A stretch of 57,769 nt of DNA, the filler included, from Catajapyx aquilonaris (lineage: Eukaryota): the NCBI GenBank assembly GCA_000934665.2. It is 3 parts of 3 records of this genome, joined end to end, with 100 filler letters (N's around TTAATTAATTAA, not from the genome) between each part and the next. Parts side by side here need not be neighbours in the genome. Positions count along the whole stretch, not along the records: positions 38,657 to 57,769 come from JYFJ02006525.1; 2 more parts are not named here. The stretch is one strand, 5' to 3'. Position numbers and translations under genes: made by a program. Positions within the stretch are counted from its first letter, which is position 1; every line of letters begins with the position of its first letter. The notes beneath the pieces are model-generated. The model worked only from the letters and a program-made list of their open reading frames with translations, searched no databases and was not told the origin of the DNA. This document shows positions 38,777 through 51,454 of this stretch, piece after piece.

Positions 38777-39986
38777 GCCGTGGTCAGAATTGGAGCCTAA
38801 CAATGGCGGTGATCGATGTGCAGAATATATTTCAAAACTAGCACTTTTCATTGATGTCGACTGCAGCCAGCTCAGGTGCTCCTTATGCCGCAATGGTATG
38901 AGGATGACTTATCAATGCTTTGGGATAGTGTATTAACTTTTTTTTTGCAGAATTTCAGAAGTCTGCAAGTCCGGTGTGGAATACTGAATTGATGTCATGG
39001 CAAGATGCGTATCATGAGTGTTACAAAAATAACACCACTTTATATTGGATCGAGAACGCAGAAGACATGGTATGAACAGGGTGCTCCGAAAAGTATTCCA
39101 CATATTTATCAGCTGTTTATAATTCCTTAGAACAAGTTCAGGGTGACTGCCCTCACTTCCGACGAGTCCGCATGCGAAATATTTTGGGTTGGACTCAAAA
39201 AATTTAGAGGAAAATGGGCCTGGACTAACACAAACACTCCCACACTTTTTGATATTCAGATGATGTAAGTATAACTTATAAGAAGTGTAGAACATATACA
39301 TAATGCAAATTTAATTTAATTCGCAATCTTTTAATGCAGATCATGGGTTAAAGGAGCACCCGATGAAATAGCCGAAGAGAACTGTGTTGCAATGAAAAAT
39401 GGCACCGGATTGTTAGGTGATTACACCTGCCATCGCGAGTTGTCATTTGTTTGCAAAAAGAATGCAAATGTCTTGAGAACCTCGAATGAGGCCGGTAAGT
39501 TCAGTATTAAGTACGGAATAAATTCTACCAAATAATCATTCCATTTTTTGAGCAGATGAGTTGACAACCACAACCCAAAGAACCGTTGAGACCACGACTT
39601 CTGCAGAAGATCAAGTGATGCAAGAAGCCTCTCAGCCACTCGACACTGACAAGACAATGACAAAGAATCAAATAATAATCCAGAAAGAAACAGAAGCTCC
39701 TCAGTCACACGACAGTTGTAATGTCCAAAATGGTGGCACACATATGCTTCCCATTATAATTGCTGCTATTTTAGCATTTGTAGAAGCTATCATCGTAATT
39801 GCAGGGACTTTGGTAAGTCTCCTCTTCTGTCATATAGATCTGCACCTTAACTTTACCCTAGTCTATTGATTTTGTTCTCTTCGGAAGGCTGTCACGTATT
39901 ACATACAACCCGGATGGCTACGAAGGAAGCCACCCCAACCCCATGATGGTTCAAGTGACTCACTGACAGGGGGTACTTCAGATTGA
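38777..39986 (+). CDS. Dual C-type lectin domain membrane protein, copy A (5' exons lost in gap)
   Basis: In-frame exons 38777-38895, 38951-39069, 39131-39264, 39340-39494, 39556-39812 and 39888-39986. They encode WSELEPNNGGDRC, SWQDAYHEC, FWVGL, EENCV..GDYTCHRELSFVCK, a Thr-rich stalk, a TM helix and a short tail. Confidence 0.85.
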
Positions 39987-40307
39987 ACAACCTGAATGTC
40001 TTGAGCCTCGCTCGTTTTGTAATTTTTAAAATGTACGCATACAATATGACTTTACAGCCTCCAGCAGGCGGCCCTTCCGGCTTGTGTTAGAACTGGGGGA
40101 GGGGGGGGGGGTCTCTGACTGCTTTAAGGTTAATTGGTTATTTTGTAACATAGCATAATTAATAAAATTTGCACTATTTATCACTCATTGTACTGTACCC
40201 AAAGGCGAAGCAAAGCTTTGCAGATAACGCTGGGATAATACCTCTCACACCTTGTGAATAATCAACAGTGAAACAATCACAATAAGGTCCTAAGGTTGGT
40301 GCACATC

Positions 40308-41180
40308 ATGGATCTGTCTAGCGTGTGGTTTCAGTTCATTGTGTTCGCCATCACCACAGGTAAGCAAAATTAATATTATTTTAACACCTCATGACATGTT
40401 GGGATATGTCATTTCAGGTATGTCCTCAGCAACAATTGAGTGGATTACGCGACCGGATTTCAACAACGCTTACATCATACACAAATTTCCTGCGTCGTGG
40501 TCCAGTGCAAAGCTCTCTTGTCAGATTTCTGGGGGTTATCTTGTGGACATCAAGTCATCTGAAGAAAAGGTAATCCCACCAAAAACCTTTCAGTAAAAAA
40601 AGGCCAAGTTCTCCTGACTGCTTGGCCGTCAAAAGTGGTGAGATCTGAAATACGGCCAAGTTCAACGTCGTTGTCAATCACTGGCATTCTCAACTTCTTC
40701 AACCTAAACCACTAACTTTGTGCAGAATATATTAATTTTCGAAAGCAGAACTTTTCATTGATATCAACTGCAACCAGCTCAGGTGCTTCTTATGTCGCAA
40801 CGGTACGTAACTCGTAAATATGTCTGCAAAATGAGTTAACTATTTTTATAGAATTTCAGAAGTCTGCAAATCCAGTGTGGAATACAACAATGATGTCCTG
40901 GTACGATGCATATGAGGCATGTATCAAAAATGACAGCCACCTATATTGGGTCGGGTCGAAAGTCCTGAAGATATGGTATGTACAGATGGACCTAAAAGTA
41001 CCGGTACGCCACATTTTTACCGTATTTTTATGACTGACTCTAGGACAAGTTCCGAGTGGCTGCCCTCACTTCAAATAACCCCGCATGCGAAATATTTTGG
41101 GTGGGACTCAAACACCCAGATGCCAATTAACCGTCACCAAAGGTGCCACCTATACCCCAACGATGTGAATGATGGTTAGA
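40308..41180 (+). pseudogene. C-type lectin receptor pseudogene, copy B
   Basis: Signal exon 40308-40359 and exon 2 40418-40569 are intact. The WWIGL exon is missing and exon 4 is degenerate. Exon 6 breaks off near 41112 and joins sequence resembling the terminal exon of copy D (CACCAAAGGTGCCAC). Confidence 0.75.
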
Positions 41181-41813
41181 AAGCACACAGATTGAGATGC
41201 AGGGACCTGAACCTGATGGACCATAATCTTACCTGTCTAGTTTTGCAATATTTTTTCCAACACTATAGGTATATACCAGAATAAAGATTTGTTCTTGAAC
41301 AGGTTTTTCGAAAATGTTTTTAGCCTAATTAACATTGCAATCATATTTTTGAGTTACTGTCTAAATTTGTACCTTTTTTCTACATGTTGTGATGACTTAA
41401 AAATTTACAGGATCTATTACCCGTATACCATATTGTGTAGCATATCCGTCTGTCAACAGATGGTAAATATATGCTGTTCCGATATAATTAATGAAATACC
41501 GTATTTGCTGCAAAATATTCATAAAATTAACTGAAAAGAGAAAGACTAACAGAAGTCTATTTTTGAGCAGTTCTTTTTAGTTCCCTTTGGAGTCACTATT
41601 ATTTTGGGCATCTACTACTCCACCCCAGTTTTTTTTAATTACATCAGGTACACATCGTATCGTTACGTCATTAATATAGAAGAGTTCCTTATGTCTGATT
41701 CAGTTTAGAAGTTTCTTGTTGCTGCACGACTTTCAGAATGGCCAGACATATAATTACGAGAGCACCATCTTCTGAAACTTTGAAAAAATAATCCGATTTT
41801 AATAAAATGTCAT

Positions 41814-44313
41814 TCAAGACGAGGAAGACAGCAGCCGTCTTCTAGTGTAGCGATCTTCTTTAAGTTCGGATTTGCGGTTTCCCCATGTCACCACTAGCGT
41901 TCTGACCTGCAACATTCGAACATGAAAAATGTCACTGTGTGAAATAATAGCGGCCGTAACTAGACCAACAAACGCTAAGAGATCTAATATTACCATTAAT
42001 GACAGCAATACCAAGAGAATGAGTGAGACCGCGGCCATTGTTATGACAAGATAGTTATCTTGCAAAATCTGCAGCACGCTCACTTCTTCTGTAATTATAC
42101 TTGGAACAATTATTATTGTTGACTCTTTCTTGCAAATGTACTCATTTGGTTGGCTGCACTGGTAATCATTGAGGTGTCCATTTCTGAACAGGCCGCAGTC
42201 TTCCTCCACATTTTCCGTGGGCATGACATCACTTTCCCAAGCTCTGAAAATTGAGCAATAAGGATCATGATCTTAGAATACTCAGGTCTGGTCACTCCCA
42301 CTTATCGCTTGCCAGGGCGTTTTGCATGAGGTGCTCACTTGAGAGCGCCATGAGACCTTTCATTTCTCTATTTAGTCTATTGTGTGGCGACCTCAACGGG
42401 ACCGCGCTGAACTTTATACAAACAAAAGGGAAGTGATACATTGGGGGACCCATCATGGTCGCCGGCGGCTATGTTGGGCCCTCATGTAGCTGCTTCCCTT
42501 TTGTACCTATAAAGTTCAGCGCGGTCCCGTTGAGGTCGCCACATAATAGAGAAATGAAAGGTCTCATGGCGCTCTCAAGTGAGCACCTCATGCAAAACGC
42601 CCCGGCAGGCGATAAGACTGTAGGGGTAGTGTCCGTGGGCTGATAAGGATGGTTGCTCGCTGGGAGTGCTACTGTATAATTATGGATTTCTTCTCAAAAA
42701 ATGATGTGACGTACAATGCTTGAGTGTCTAAAACTTCCTTGTCCAGCCACTTCCAGCCTGTTGCGCTCTTCTCCAGGCCTACCCACCACGAAGAGCATGC
42801 AGAGTCGTCATTAAGCACGTAGATATTCACTGTACCCTGAATGCGAAGTGTAATTATGATTAACAACCAACAATGCAGGACATTATCTTACCCTTTCTAG
42901 TGGGTTGTGTACTTGTAACAGTGACCAAGACTTCTTCCTGCATGTCTCGTAAGCCTCCTTCCAAGACACTGGGGTAGAGTGAAATTCAAGTGACCGCGAG
43001 TTAATGAAGAATGGACTTGGCAGAGTCAGTAATTGTTGCGATTCTGCAGGAGACAGAAGCAAGAGGAAGGTTTTATTTCGTTCATCGAACACTATGCTAA
43101 TACACATACTGTAGTAACCTATTACCGTTGTAACATATGAAGCATTTGGCCGATTCACATGGAACCGGGTTCAATCTAATCTTTTTGGTCATGACTGAGC
43201 AGTACTTTCCATTCTCCCCATTGTTAGGTTCTCCCTCTGCCCATTGCCTGCAAATTAGAGTCACCTATCCAATTTATTAACTCTGCCTGGATATTAATAG
43301 GAGCTCACGTGATTGTTGAGTTGATGTAAGTCCCGTCGACCCATTTCCAGCTACCTTCCAGATCCCAGTCGCGAATTCCAATCCACCATTGGCGATGGAA
43401 GAATGAGCGATTGACTATGGCTTGGTCCAGCCAGTCCTGCCGGGGATTCAAAATGGCTGAATGTATACAAATTCATGGATTTGCCTGGACATATCGCACA
43501 CCTTCTCAGAGGCATCCCTTATGACGACGAGGTCTGCGTCCATCCCTTGGCATGACAAACGAGCTTCCTCCCATGAGAGGGTTGAATTACAGAAGAGGTA
43601 CGACTGGTTGGTGTTCGGACGAGGTATCCACTCCTCCCAGCATTCCAGTACCCTACATTCCAGTTGCACTGAAAAATATGATACTTGGCACTGGATTTGG
43701 GCTGTAAGCTCAAAAGTCATGCTATTAATTGAGGCTTCCCATGTCACAGGCAGCCAAGTCCTGACATCAGGATCGAAAGCAGCCAAGTATGCTCAGTTAT
43801 TATGTATTTTATTATCATCGAGTGTTGATGACATATTTTGCGTATGTAGTTGACCTCCAGGGGGAAACACGGGTCTCGAAAAAGTTTCAAGATTGTACCG
43901 ATGAAAGTTGAGTCATTATCAGTTTTCATCTCTTGTGGATTTGGAGGCTCTCGATCTGGGACGCCTTATATGATATAACAAAGTTTCGCATCGGGCATGT
44001 CGGTTTCTTCTTCTCAGAAAAAAGCACATAACCAAAAGCCAGCCACCTTCGTGATTGGTTATAACTCTAAGTGACAATGGAAACATACAAATTTCTACAA
44101 CATTGAAGTAGATTTTTCTACAAAGGGTTGGAAAACGAGAGAAGAGAATAATTGACGAATTTGGCTGCTAAAGTAACCTACAGTAGTTGGTTATGATTCA
44201 GCACAAAGACGATACTAAATCTGTTTACGTCGGGTTAACCACACTGATTATTGAAACTTACCAATTGAGAGGAGTGCCAAAATAACTACTGCGTAAGTGA
44301 TGTCAAGTAGCAT
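41814..44313 (-). CDS. Dual C-type lectin domain membrane protein, divergent paralog C
   Basis: In-frame exons 44313-44262 (signal MLLDITYAVVILALLSI), 43668-43502, 43436-43309, 43247-43126, 43043-42892, 42836-42715, 42243-41994 and 41906-41814. Motifs SWEEARLSC, WWIGI, GEPNN, SWKEAYETC, WWVGL, EDC..LNDYQC..YICK and a TM helix. Confidence 0.85.
42301..42616. mobile_element. Foldback MITE in an intron of lectin C
   Basis: About 140-bp inverted arms CTTATCGC...GGGACCGCGCTGAACTTTATA mirrored to ...GCGATAAG. It may extend to CACTCCCA/TGGGAGTG (42293-42668). Confidence 0.82.
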
Positions 44314-44339
44314 ATCCCACAGATTTGCAGTGATATCAA

Positions 44340-47300
44340 GCAGTAGGCACTTTCAGTGCATTCCAATGTGGCACTGGTGACTTCACAACAATGCTGAGTA
44401 CAATGAAGACAAAGCACCACTTTAATTCCCGAACAGCCTAGACGTTATAATCTATATCAGAAAAAGACAACTCACTCGAATGCATGATCATTTCCAGACT
44501 TTGGTCATCTTGATTGCACTTGATATTTGCACTCCACAAGAAGCTCATTCTATCTCTGCGTCCTTTCGTAATGACCAAGATAAAGCTGCACCCTGATGCA
44601 TAATCGGAAGGCTATTTCTCTTCATTGGCAGCCAATATCAATGAGATGTTGCTATCCTCATACGTATTTGCACAGTGGTACAGAATCACAATGTCCTATA
44701 TTAAAGCCTCGGACATTTTCCACTGACCCATTTCTTGAGTACAACACTTTACATTTTTGACTCTGCCTGCACCCACAACTGTTGTCAAAAAATTGAGTAT
44801 GTTTATGGGGACCATGGAGGCTTGAATCTTTTTCATGTCTTTATATGAAGCTTGTTTTCTCCTCAGTGTACTCTAGGTTACTGTCCTGTTAGAGATAACT
44901 AAGGCGCATTTTAATCCCGAACACTGACGATTTTTAAAACGTACTGATAAGTAATTTTAGAGTCTAAATCAAGATGAAAGTAAAATCCTATCACATACAG
45001 ACTCTTGATAATGTCATGAAACGAGACAACATGACAGCATTAGATACGGAGGATAATGATGCGCCATTAACAAGCAACACAGACTATTACTTTGTGCAGT
45101 TTTATTTTTCTTAAACGATTGTCATCTCAGTTATTTCAGTTCAACAACTGCGCCAAAATATACAACCACTTACTCCATTTAGTCTCCTTGAATCTAACAC
45201 GGTATTTATTATTGTGAATGTGCCAACTCAGGTAAACATCAGTTAATGTTTCAAGCAAAATCCGAGGCAAAATCCCAGGGGTCAAATTAGCTTTTAACCA
45301 TTGCCAGGCTTAAGCACACTTTTCCGAAATGTATTCGTTTTGAAAATATTATTCGTATCTCCATTTCTGGTTGAAGTGCAAAAACCTTTCATATACCACT
45401 GAAAGGAAATTGAAATGCTACATTTAATGGTGGAAAATACTGTAAATCAATAATGGATCTAGCCTTACCGTGATATTTTTCAGGTCAGATATTGCAATAA
45501 TTATGATTGTGACGATTTTTTTTGAAAATTCTACAATTATGTTCTTAAATAGACAACGGTCACATTGACTTGATAGTGGCAAAGCAGGAAAGGTCCCTGC
45601 TGCTGATAATAATGATAAACTATTAGTGCACAAATCTAAACGAAACCAACTACATCTTCATCCACTTGAATATTTCATTTAAATGATTATAGTTGAACTA
45701 AAACTTAATTGTGTAATATTTGCAACTTCCATACTATCCCATTAATTTTGATAGCCCTACATTACATCGTATAGGGTTGTGGAGATGTGCATATATGAAT
45801 GAATTTAAAACGTCTGCGAATTGCATGTTTTCGTAAATGCCATTTCTTACTGACGCAAAATCATGGTTCGGTTTTGCAGGAAAAATCTGACACTCGTTTT
45901 TGACTCATTAATCACTCATTAATCACCCACGATTTTTCAAATCAAAAGTCAAGAAGGTCGAGCTAGACTGTACCTGTTCTCTCGATAAGGACATAATTAT
46001 TCTGATATGACAATCGGATAGTCTATCAACAGATAGTGTGAGTTATCTGGCACTGTGGGGTTTGTTCTGCTGATATTAATAACTGCTGGCATAGCGGTAT
46101 TTTATATTCCGCTACAAAAGCCACTTTCACTTTCGACTCTTCTATTTTTATTTATTATACGCATGTTACATAAGGATAAGTGGGCCTTAGAAATTAATAT
46201 TATGAGTTTTACATCAAATAAATTAACAAATGCAAATTACATCATACGTACATAACCTACGACTTTGTGACAGGAAGTGTAGCATTCAATTCGAAAGTGT
46301 CATTTTCCTAAGCAGACTTCAACCAGGAACACCACAATGGACACCACAACACTGCACAAAATGACCGCAAAGCAAAACTTAATGGCCCCGAATTTCACAA
46401 CATGCTCTTCATTGTTACTGTGACCGTACCGGGTTTACTATGTCTAAACGTCCTACAGTTCAATGCATTCTGATGATGCCTTGCATCACCTTTATCTCAG
46501 TGCATATTTGATTACTCCATTCGTTTCACTCTATACTTTCTGCCAGCATATGTCATGTGACTTTTCCTTTTGCTTCCGCCCATCATGCATTGTACTCTGC
46601 TATATAAGGGAGTGAATTGTTTCACTCCAGGCCTTTTTCCCCTGGACAATATCCCGGGGGACTGGTCGTGCCCCACCCCACCTTGATATCCTTTTTTCCT
46701 TTCACTAAATGTTTGTAAGATAACACATTAAAGAGGATGACAGAATTGAACCTACTGACTATTTACTGTGTGTACCTAACCGCTCGGGTCACATTACCAT
46801 CCAACCCTTCCCTGGAGGCCAATATGCCACTTTCGACCGTGGCCATCTCCAGACTCTCTTCATACAGGGCTGCCAAAATTCCAGACTGGTGAAGCCTCAA
46901 AAGGGCTCGATCCATTGGCCACACTCGGTATGAAATATCGAGGTGACACGATGGTCACCATCACCAGAGGAAAGTCTGTCGATACCACTTCTGACTGGAT
47001 CCCACGTCTCGTGAGGTTCATCAACTGGAAATACTTCATCTGATCCCTATTGCTGAAACACGCATAGTTATTTCTATCCGTCACAACGCGTTCTTTGCAC
47101 TGATAGACTCCATCCAACCCCATTTTGTCAACAGTTCGATTGTGGACATCCGAATCCGGGTGTCTTAAAAAGGATGGCATGGTGTCGCTATTGTTCCAGA
47201 CACACCCCCATGAATGGTCACTATCCAGCAGGTCTTGTATTGACCTCGGGTATTCAGTAGAACTTGCGATTAAAAACGAGGTTAACTTAGAGCTGTACAT

Positions 47301-47530
47301 AACACTGACTATGAACCCAATGAGACACAGTGCGCAACAATGCACCGGAACAATGTGTTAGTGGGCAACACTACTGGCTGGGTCATAAATGGGGGTGTTA
47401 TATGATGTAACTAATGTTCAACTCCATTTTAGACATTAAGCACAAAAGTATGGATATCCCCACAGACATTACAATGACAAATATCCAACCCTTCGCAGTG
47501 AACGGTTTGTAGATTGTTGATAGCGACAAT
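44340..47530 (+). repeat. Segmental duplication, paralogous to about 54695-56560
   Basis: Colinear matches: CACTTTCAGTGC..CAATGTGGCAC, GATAAAGCTGCACCC, GCAGGAAAAATCTGA, TATACGCATGTTACATAAGGATAA and the IR coding remnant. Confidence 0.85.
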
Positions 47531-47660
47531 AGTCTGCGACGACTCTGTGTTATGAAAGCAATTTCGTCAAAATAGTACAGCTGACTGACCTTAAAGGTCG
47601 GGTAGATAAGATGTGTGGCCTTCAAGCAAGAGGATGCTGTGCCTCTTTCATGTCGCACAG
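46300..47660 (-). pseudogene. Divergent ionotropic receptor (IR/iGluR-like) pseudogene 1
   Basis: Intronless fragments STIYKPFTAKGWIFV (pre-M1/M1), VMYSSKLTSFL...PRSIQDLLDS (M3/S2), SGILAAL and terminal TM ..VSIVVFLVEVCLGK*. Has frameshifts and a solo-LTR insertion. 5' limit is approximate. Confidence 0.85.
46419..46793 (+). mobile_element. Solo LTR (gypsy-like) inserted in IR pseudogene 1
   Basis: 375 bp with TGTGACC...GGTCACA ends and 4-bp TSD TTAC (46415-46418 and 46794-46797). Internal TATATAAG and ATTAAA. Absent from the paralogous IR near 55815. Confidence 0.85.
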
Positions 47661-48003
47661 GCTGTATGGAGATGGCTGTTCAACAAAAAGCATGCAGTAG
47701 ATGCTATGCACCGACACTTGCTAATGGCAGATTTTAGAAAATTTATTCTTCAAGTCATACCGGTACATAAGTTTCTACGACAAGACTCTGAAAACCGCAT
47801 TCAAAAGTAGTTACAAGCTAAACACGATAAGGATACTGTATGTAAAAGATATCGTAAAAGAAAGGGGTGGGGAAATTATAATAAATGTGTGCAGCAGCAC
47901 CTACTTTATTATACAAGTAGCCTATTCATAAAAAAAATTGCAAAATTAGGCACATCAGGTAGTTTAAACTGATTCTGAATCTGGCGTATTCAAACCATTA
48001 TTC

Positions 48004-50209
48004 TCATGTGGCCGTGGCAAGTGGCACCTTTGGTGAAGGTTTATGATTTGTAGGCCTGGCGCCTGGGTAGAGCTTGACTACCATCTGAAACAAAATAAAT
48101 AGGAGTGGGTTAAGTTCAAATACAGACCTATTGGACAGACGTTCCGCCGACTTACAAATACAGTCACGATGATACCGACGATGTTTCCAATGAAAAGGCT
48201 AAGTAAATCTATGGCAAAACTTTGGCCAATATTATTGTGGAGGGGCTTAGAAACTTCTGCCGCTTCCTCTTGTTGTCCTGTCGTGGTCTCGACAGTTTTT
48301 TGAGTTGCGGAGGTTTCGACACTTTTGGTGATTGTCGATTCAACTGAACAAGAAGTGGAATGATAATTACCGGCGTTTGTTAAATTTGACTCGTGGTCTA
48401 CAGGGCTACCCGTACTTACACTCTACATTTGAAGTTCCCAAGCCATCTTCATTCTTCTTGCAAACAAATGAGAACTCGCGATAGCAGCTGTAATCACCTA
48501 ACAATCCGTTGCCTTTTTTCATTGCAACACAGTCCTCTTCAATCATGTCATCTGGTGTTCCTTTAACCCATGGTCTGCAATAAAAATATGAAGGTTTAAG
48601 CCATCGTGCAATACCCACATCACCATATACTTGCATCATCTGAACATCAAAAAGTGTGGGACTGTTTCTGTTGGTCCATGTCCATTTTTCCCCAACTTCC
48701 CTGAGTCCCACCCAAAATATTTCGCATGAAGGGTTATCGGAAGTAAGAGCAGTCACTCGGAACTTGTCCTATAGTGAGTCATAAACAGCTGGTAAAACTG
48801 TGAAATACTTTTCGGAGCACCCTGCACGTACCATATCTTCAGAACTCTCGACCCAATACAAGTGTGTGTTATTTTTGGCACATTCCTCATACGCATCTTG
48901 CCACGACATCAATTTTGTATTCCACACTGCCCTTGCAGACTTCTGAAACTCTGAAGAAAGAACTCATTCACTTTGTACACATATTTACATGTTCGGCACA
49001 TACCGTTGCGACACAAGGAGCACCTGGGATGATTGCAATTGACATCAATAAAAAGTTCTGCTTTCGAAATATATTCTGCACATTGATCACCACCATTGTC
49101 AGGTTGAAATGCGGACCAATTCCTGCAACAACGACGATTAATAATAATCTAAGTTCTAGGTTGTATACAGTAATTGAAATAATTCTACACAGGGTCGTCG
49201 TCCTGTTGAAACGCCAAACATTTTTGATTTTATTTATTTTATTTACAACCCCGTGCTGGAGCCATTGGCTCCCTTAGGGGGGTGGAATGCCACCATTTTT
49301 CTTGGGAATTTTCTTTCGCATTATTCTCTCCTGTGCAGGGATCAGGATAGGGATTTGTGAGATGCATGTGATGCATGTGATGCAAGTGTCTTTATGTTGG
49401 TATAAGGTCCCAAGGGCCCACAAGGGACCGACGTGCGGGTCAGAAATACCCCACCGACACCGCACCTCCCCATGGATGGGTCAAGGATGGGAAAGGAAGG
49501 GGGTGGCTGTGGCCTATTATTTACGGAAGCGACCCCGGAATTTTCCTGGGAGCACGGTGGGAAACCACAGAAAACCAAGGTCAGGGTAGCCGGCCCCGGT
49601 ACTCGAACCCAGGACCTCCCTATTAGCAGTCGGATGCCTTATCTACTCCACCAACCGGCTTCGGTGAAACGCCAAACATGACTACACTCTACAGTATTCT
49701 AATTTCAATGGGAACACCCTGAATGTCCCCTCACAGGAAATCTTCGTCGAATTCACTGTCATCGATCCACTTGAAATGTCCCTCCTGCTTCCAGTCTGTC
49801 AGACCTATCCACCATAAATCTCTGCCTTGATCCGTCAGTTGATCCAACAGCCAATTCTGTTGAAAAATGGCAACAGTAATTTTGGCTTATGAAGTATTCA
49901 GAAAGTCCCAATAAGTGTTATTACATTTTCGCTAGACGACTTGATGTCCACTAGATCACCCCCCAAAATCTGACAACGGAGCCTTGCACTGGACCACGAT
50001 GCATGGAAATCGTGGATGATGTAAGTGTCGTTGGAATCAGGTCGTTTTATCCATTCAATTGTTGCCAAGGAAAGGTCTACACAAAAGAGTTCGTTAAGGG
50101 CAATAAGCAAGTCATGTGTGAGGTGAGTCAACACTCTTAATGAATTTTTCTGACCTGTGGTGATGGCGGAAAGAATGAAGCATTGAAAGCATACGCGTGA
50201 CAGAGTCAT
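48004..50209 (-). CDS. Dual C-type lectin domain membrane protein, copy D (apparently intact)
   Basis: Nine in-frame exons: 50209-50155, 50076-49925, 49856-49735, 49122-49004, 48950-48832, 48768-48635 (GC donor), 48574-48420, 48343-48156 and 48084-48004. Signal peptide, CRD1 with WWIGLTD and QPD, CRD2, Thr-rich stalk, TM. Confidence 0.87.
49222..49664 (-). mobile_element. tRNA-derived SINE in intron 3 of lectin D
   Basis: 15-bp TSD TGAAACGCCAAACAT (49207-49221 and 49665-49679). Head has A box TGGTGGAGTAGATAAGG and B box GGTTCGAGTACC. Core GGTTTTCTGTGGTTTCCC...GGCCACAGCC..CTTCCTTTCCC resembles Lm1-type arthropod SINEs. A-rich tail. Confidence 0.9.
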
Positions 50210-51454
50210 GACCTGCACAGATCCTTATGACCTTTTGTGACTTCTTCAAAAGCTGCGAGGGGTTGCTACTATGCACGACTTTTATGTGGTGGGGTAGTAT
50301 ATTGGTCTATTGTCAGTGATAGACTAATAATTAATTAGTAGGTCTAAACAATCATATAAGTTGAGACACTTTCAGGCTGGGTTTTTCCAGCGTGGAAGCA
50401 GCGTTGATAGTTAGCTTCACCTATGAAAATAATAAGTTGCGTTGAAATCACAGTAAATACTTTCTAGGGTTCTAAAGGTTTATATCAGGTCATTGTTTAT
50501 CAATTCCAGTTGAACGATGAATGATTTAAAAAGCCAAAATGACAATAAAAATAATTTTGTCCAGAAGCCTGCCAAAAATAAACTGCGCAGATGTAATCTT
50601 CCAAAAGAAAATTTGGACAAGTTTTCGTAAGTCATAATCAATAACTGCAATGAATGATAACTCACTTTTGATGCCCAGTATGCATCCCAGCGGGTCACGT
50701 TTTTGCGAATCTGACAGTACTGAAGTTTCGCCTGGTGTTTCATTTGAAATCCCATTATCTGATTCTCTCAAGGCCAAAACTACCACATTGCCAATAGGAA
50801 AAGAGCAAACAGAATAATTATATACCGTTTATCATATCAAAGTCCCAATATATAGGTATCATTTTCTCAAGAAACTAATCATTGCTTGAATTAACTATCA
50901 GAAAAGGGTGAGTGACAGATTAAAAATGAAACAAACGATCTTCGTTTACCTAGAATATCTTAGTGTGTTCCAACTCTTCCAAGTATCGGAGACCATTTAC
51001 AGTTATCGGAGCTTTTGGCCGAACCTGCTATCAACAAGGCCCAGGCCTATAGACCCTTTATCAGTGCAGCCAATTATGTGTAATTGAGACTTATTTTGCA
51101 CATCCATAAATAACATTTGACATTGATTTAAATAAATATTCGATACGAAACCTTAGAGGTAAGGTATTTTATGATAATTATTATTTTAATAATATATTAC
51201 TGAACCTTAAAATGCACTAGGAAATAGGCTACTTGATTTATGCGGCCTTAACATAACTTATCATTCTGATATGTGAAGATAGCTGCCAAAGCTGATTATA
51301 CTTTCCAAGAAAAGTTGCCCGAAAGTAATCTCAGCACATTATGTGTGTACTAAATATCGCGGAGTGTACCTTGCAGATAACATTATTTTTGTCTTCTTCT
51401 GCAAATGCATCAGTAGTCTACAACTGTCATTTTATAAGGTCATAAGGGGTGGCT

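Noticed and set aside
49590..49664. tRNA gene
   Set aside because: The A and B boxes belong to a SINE head with body, tail and TSD; no complete cloverleaf or terminator.
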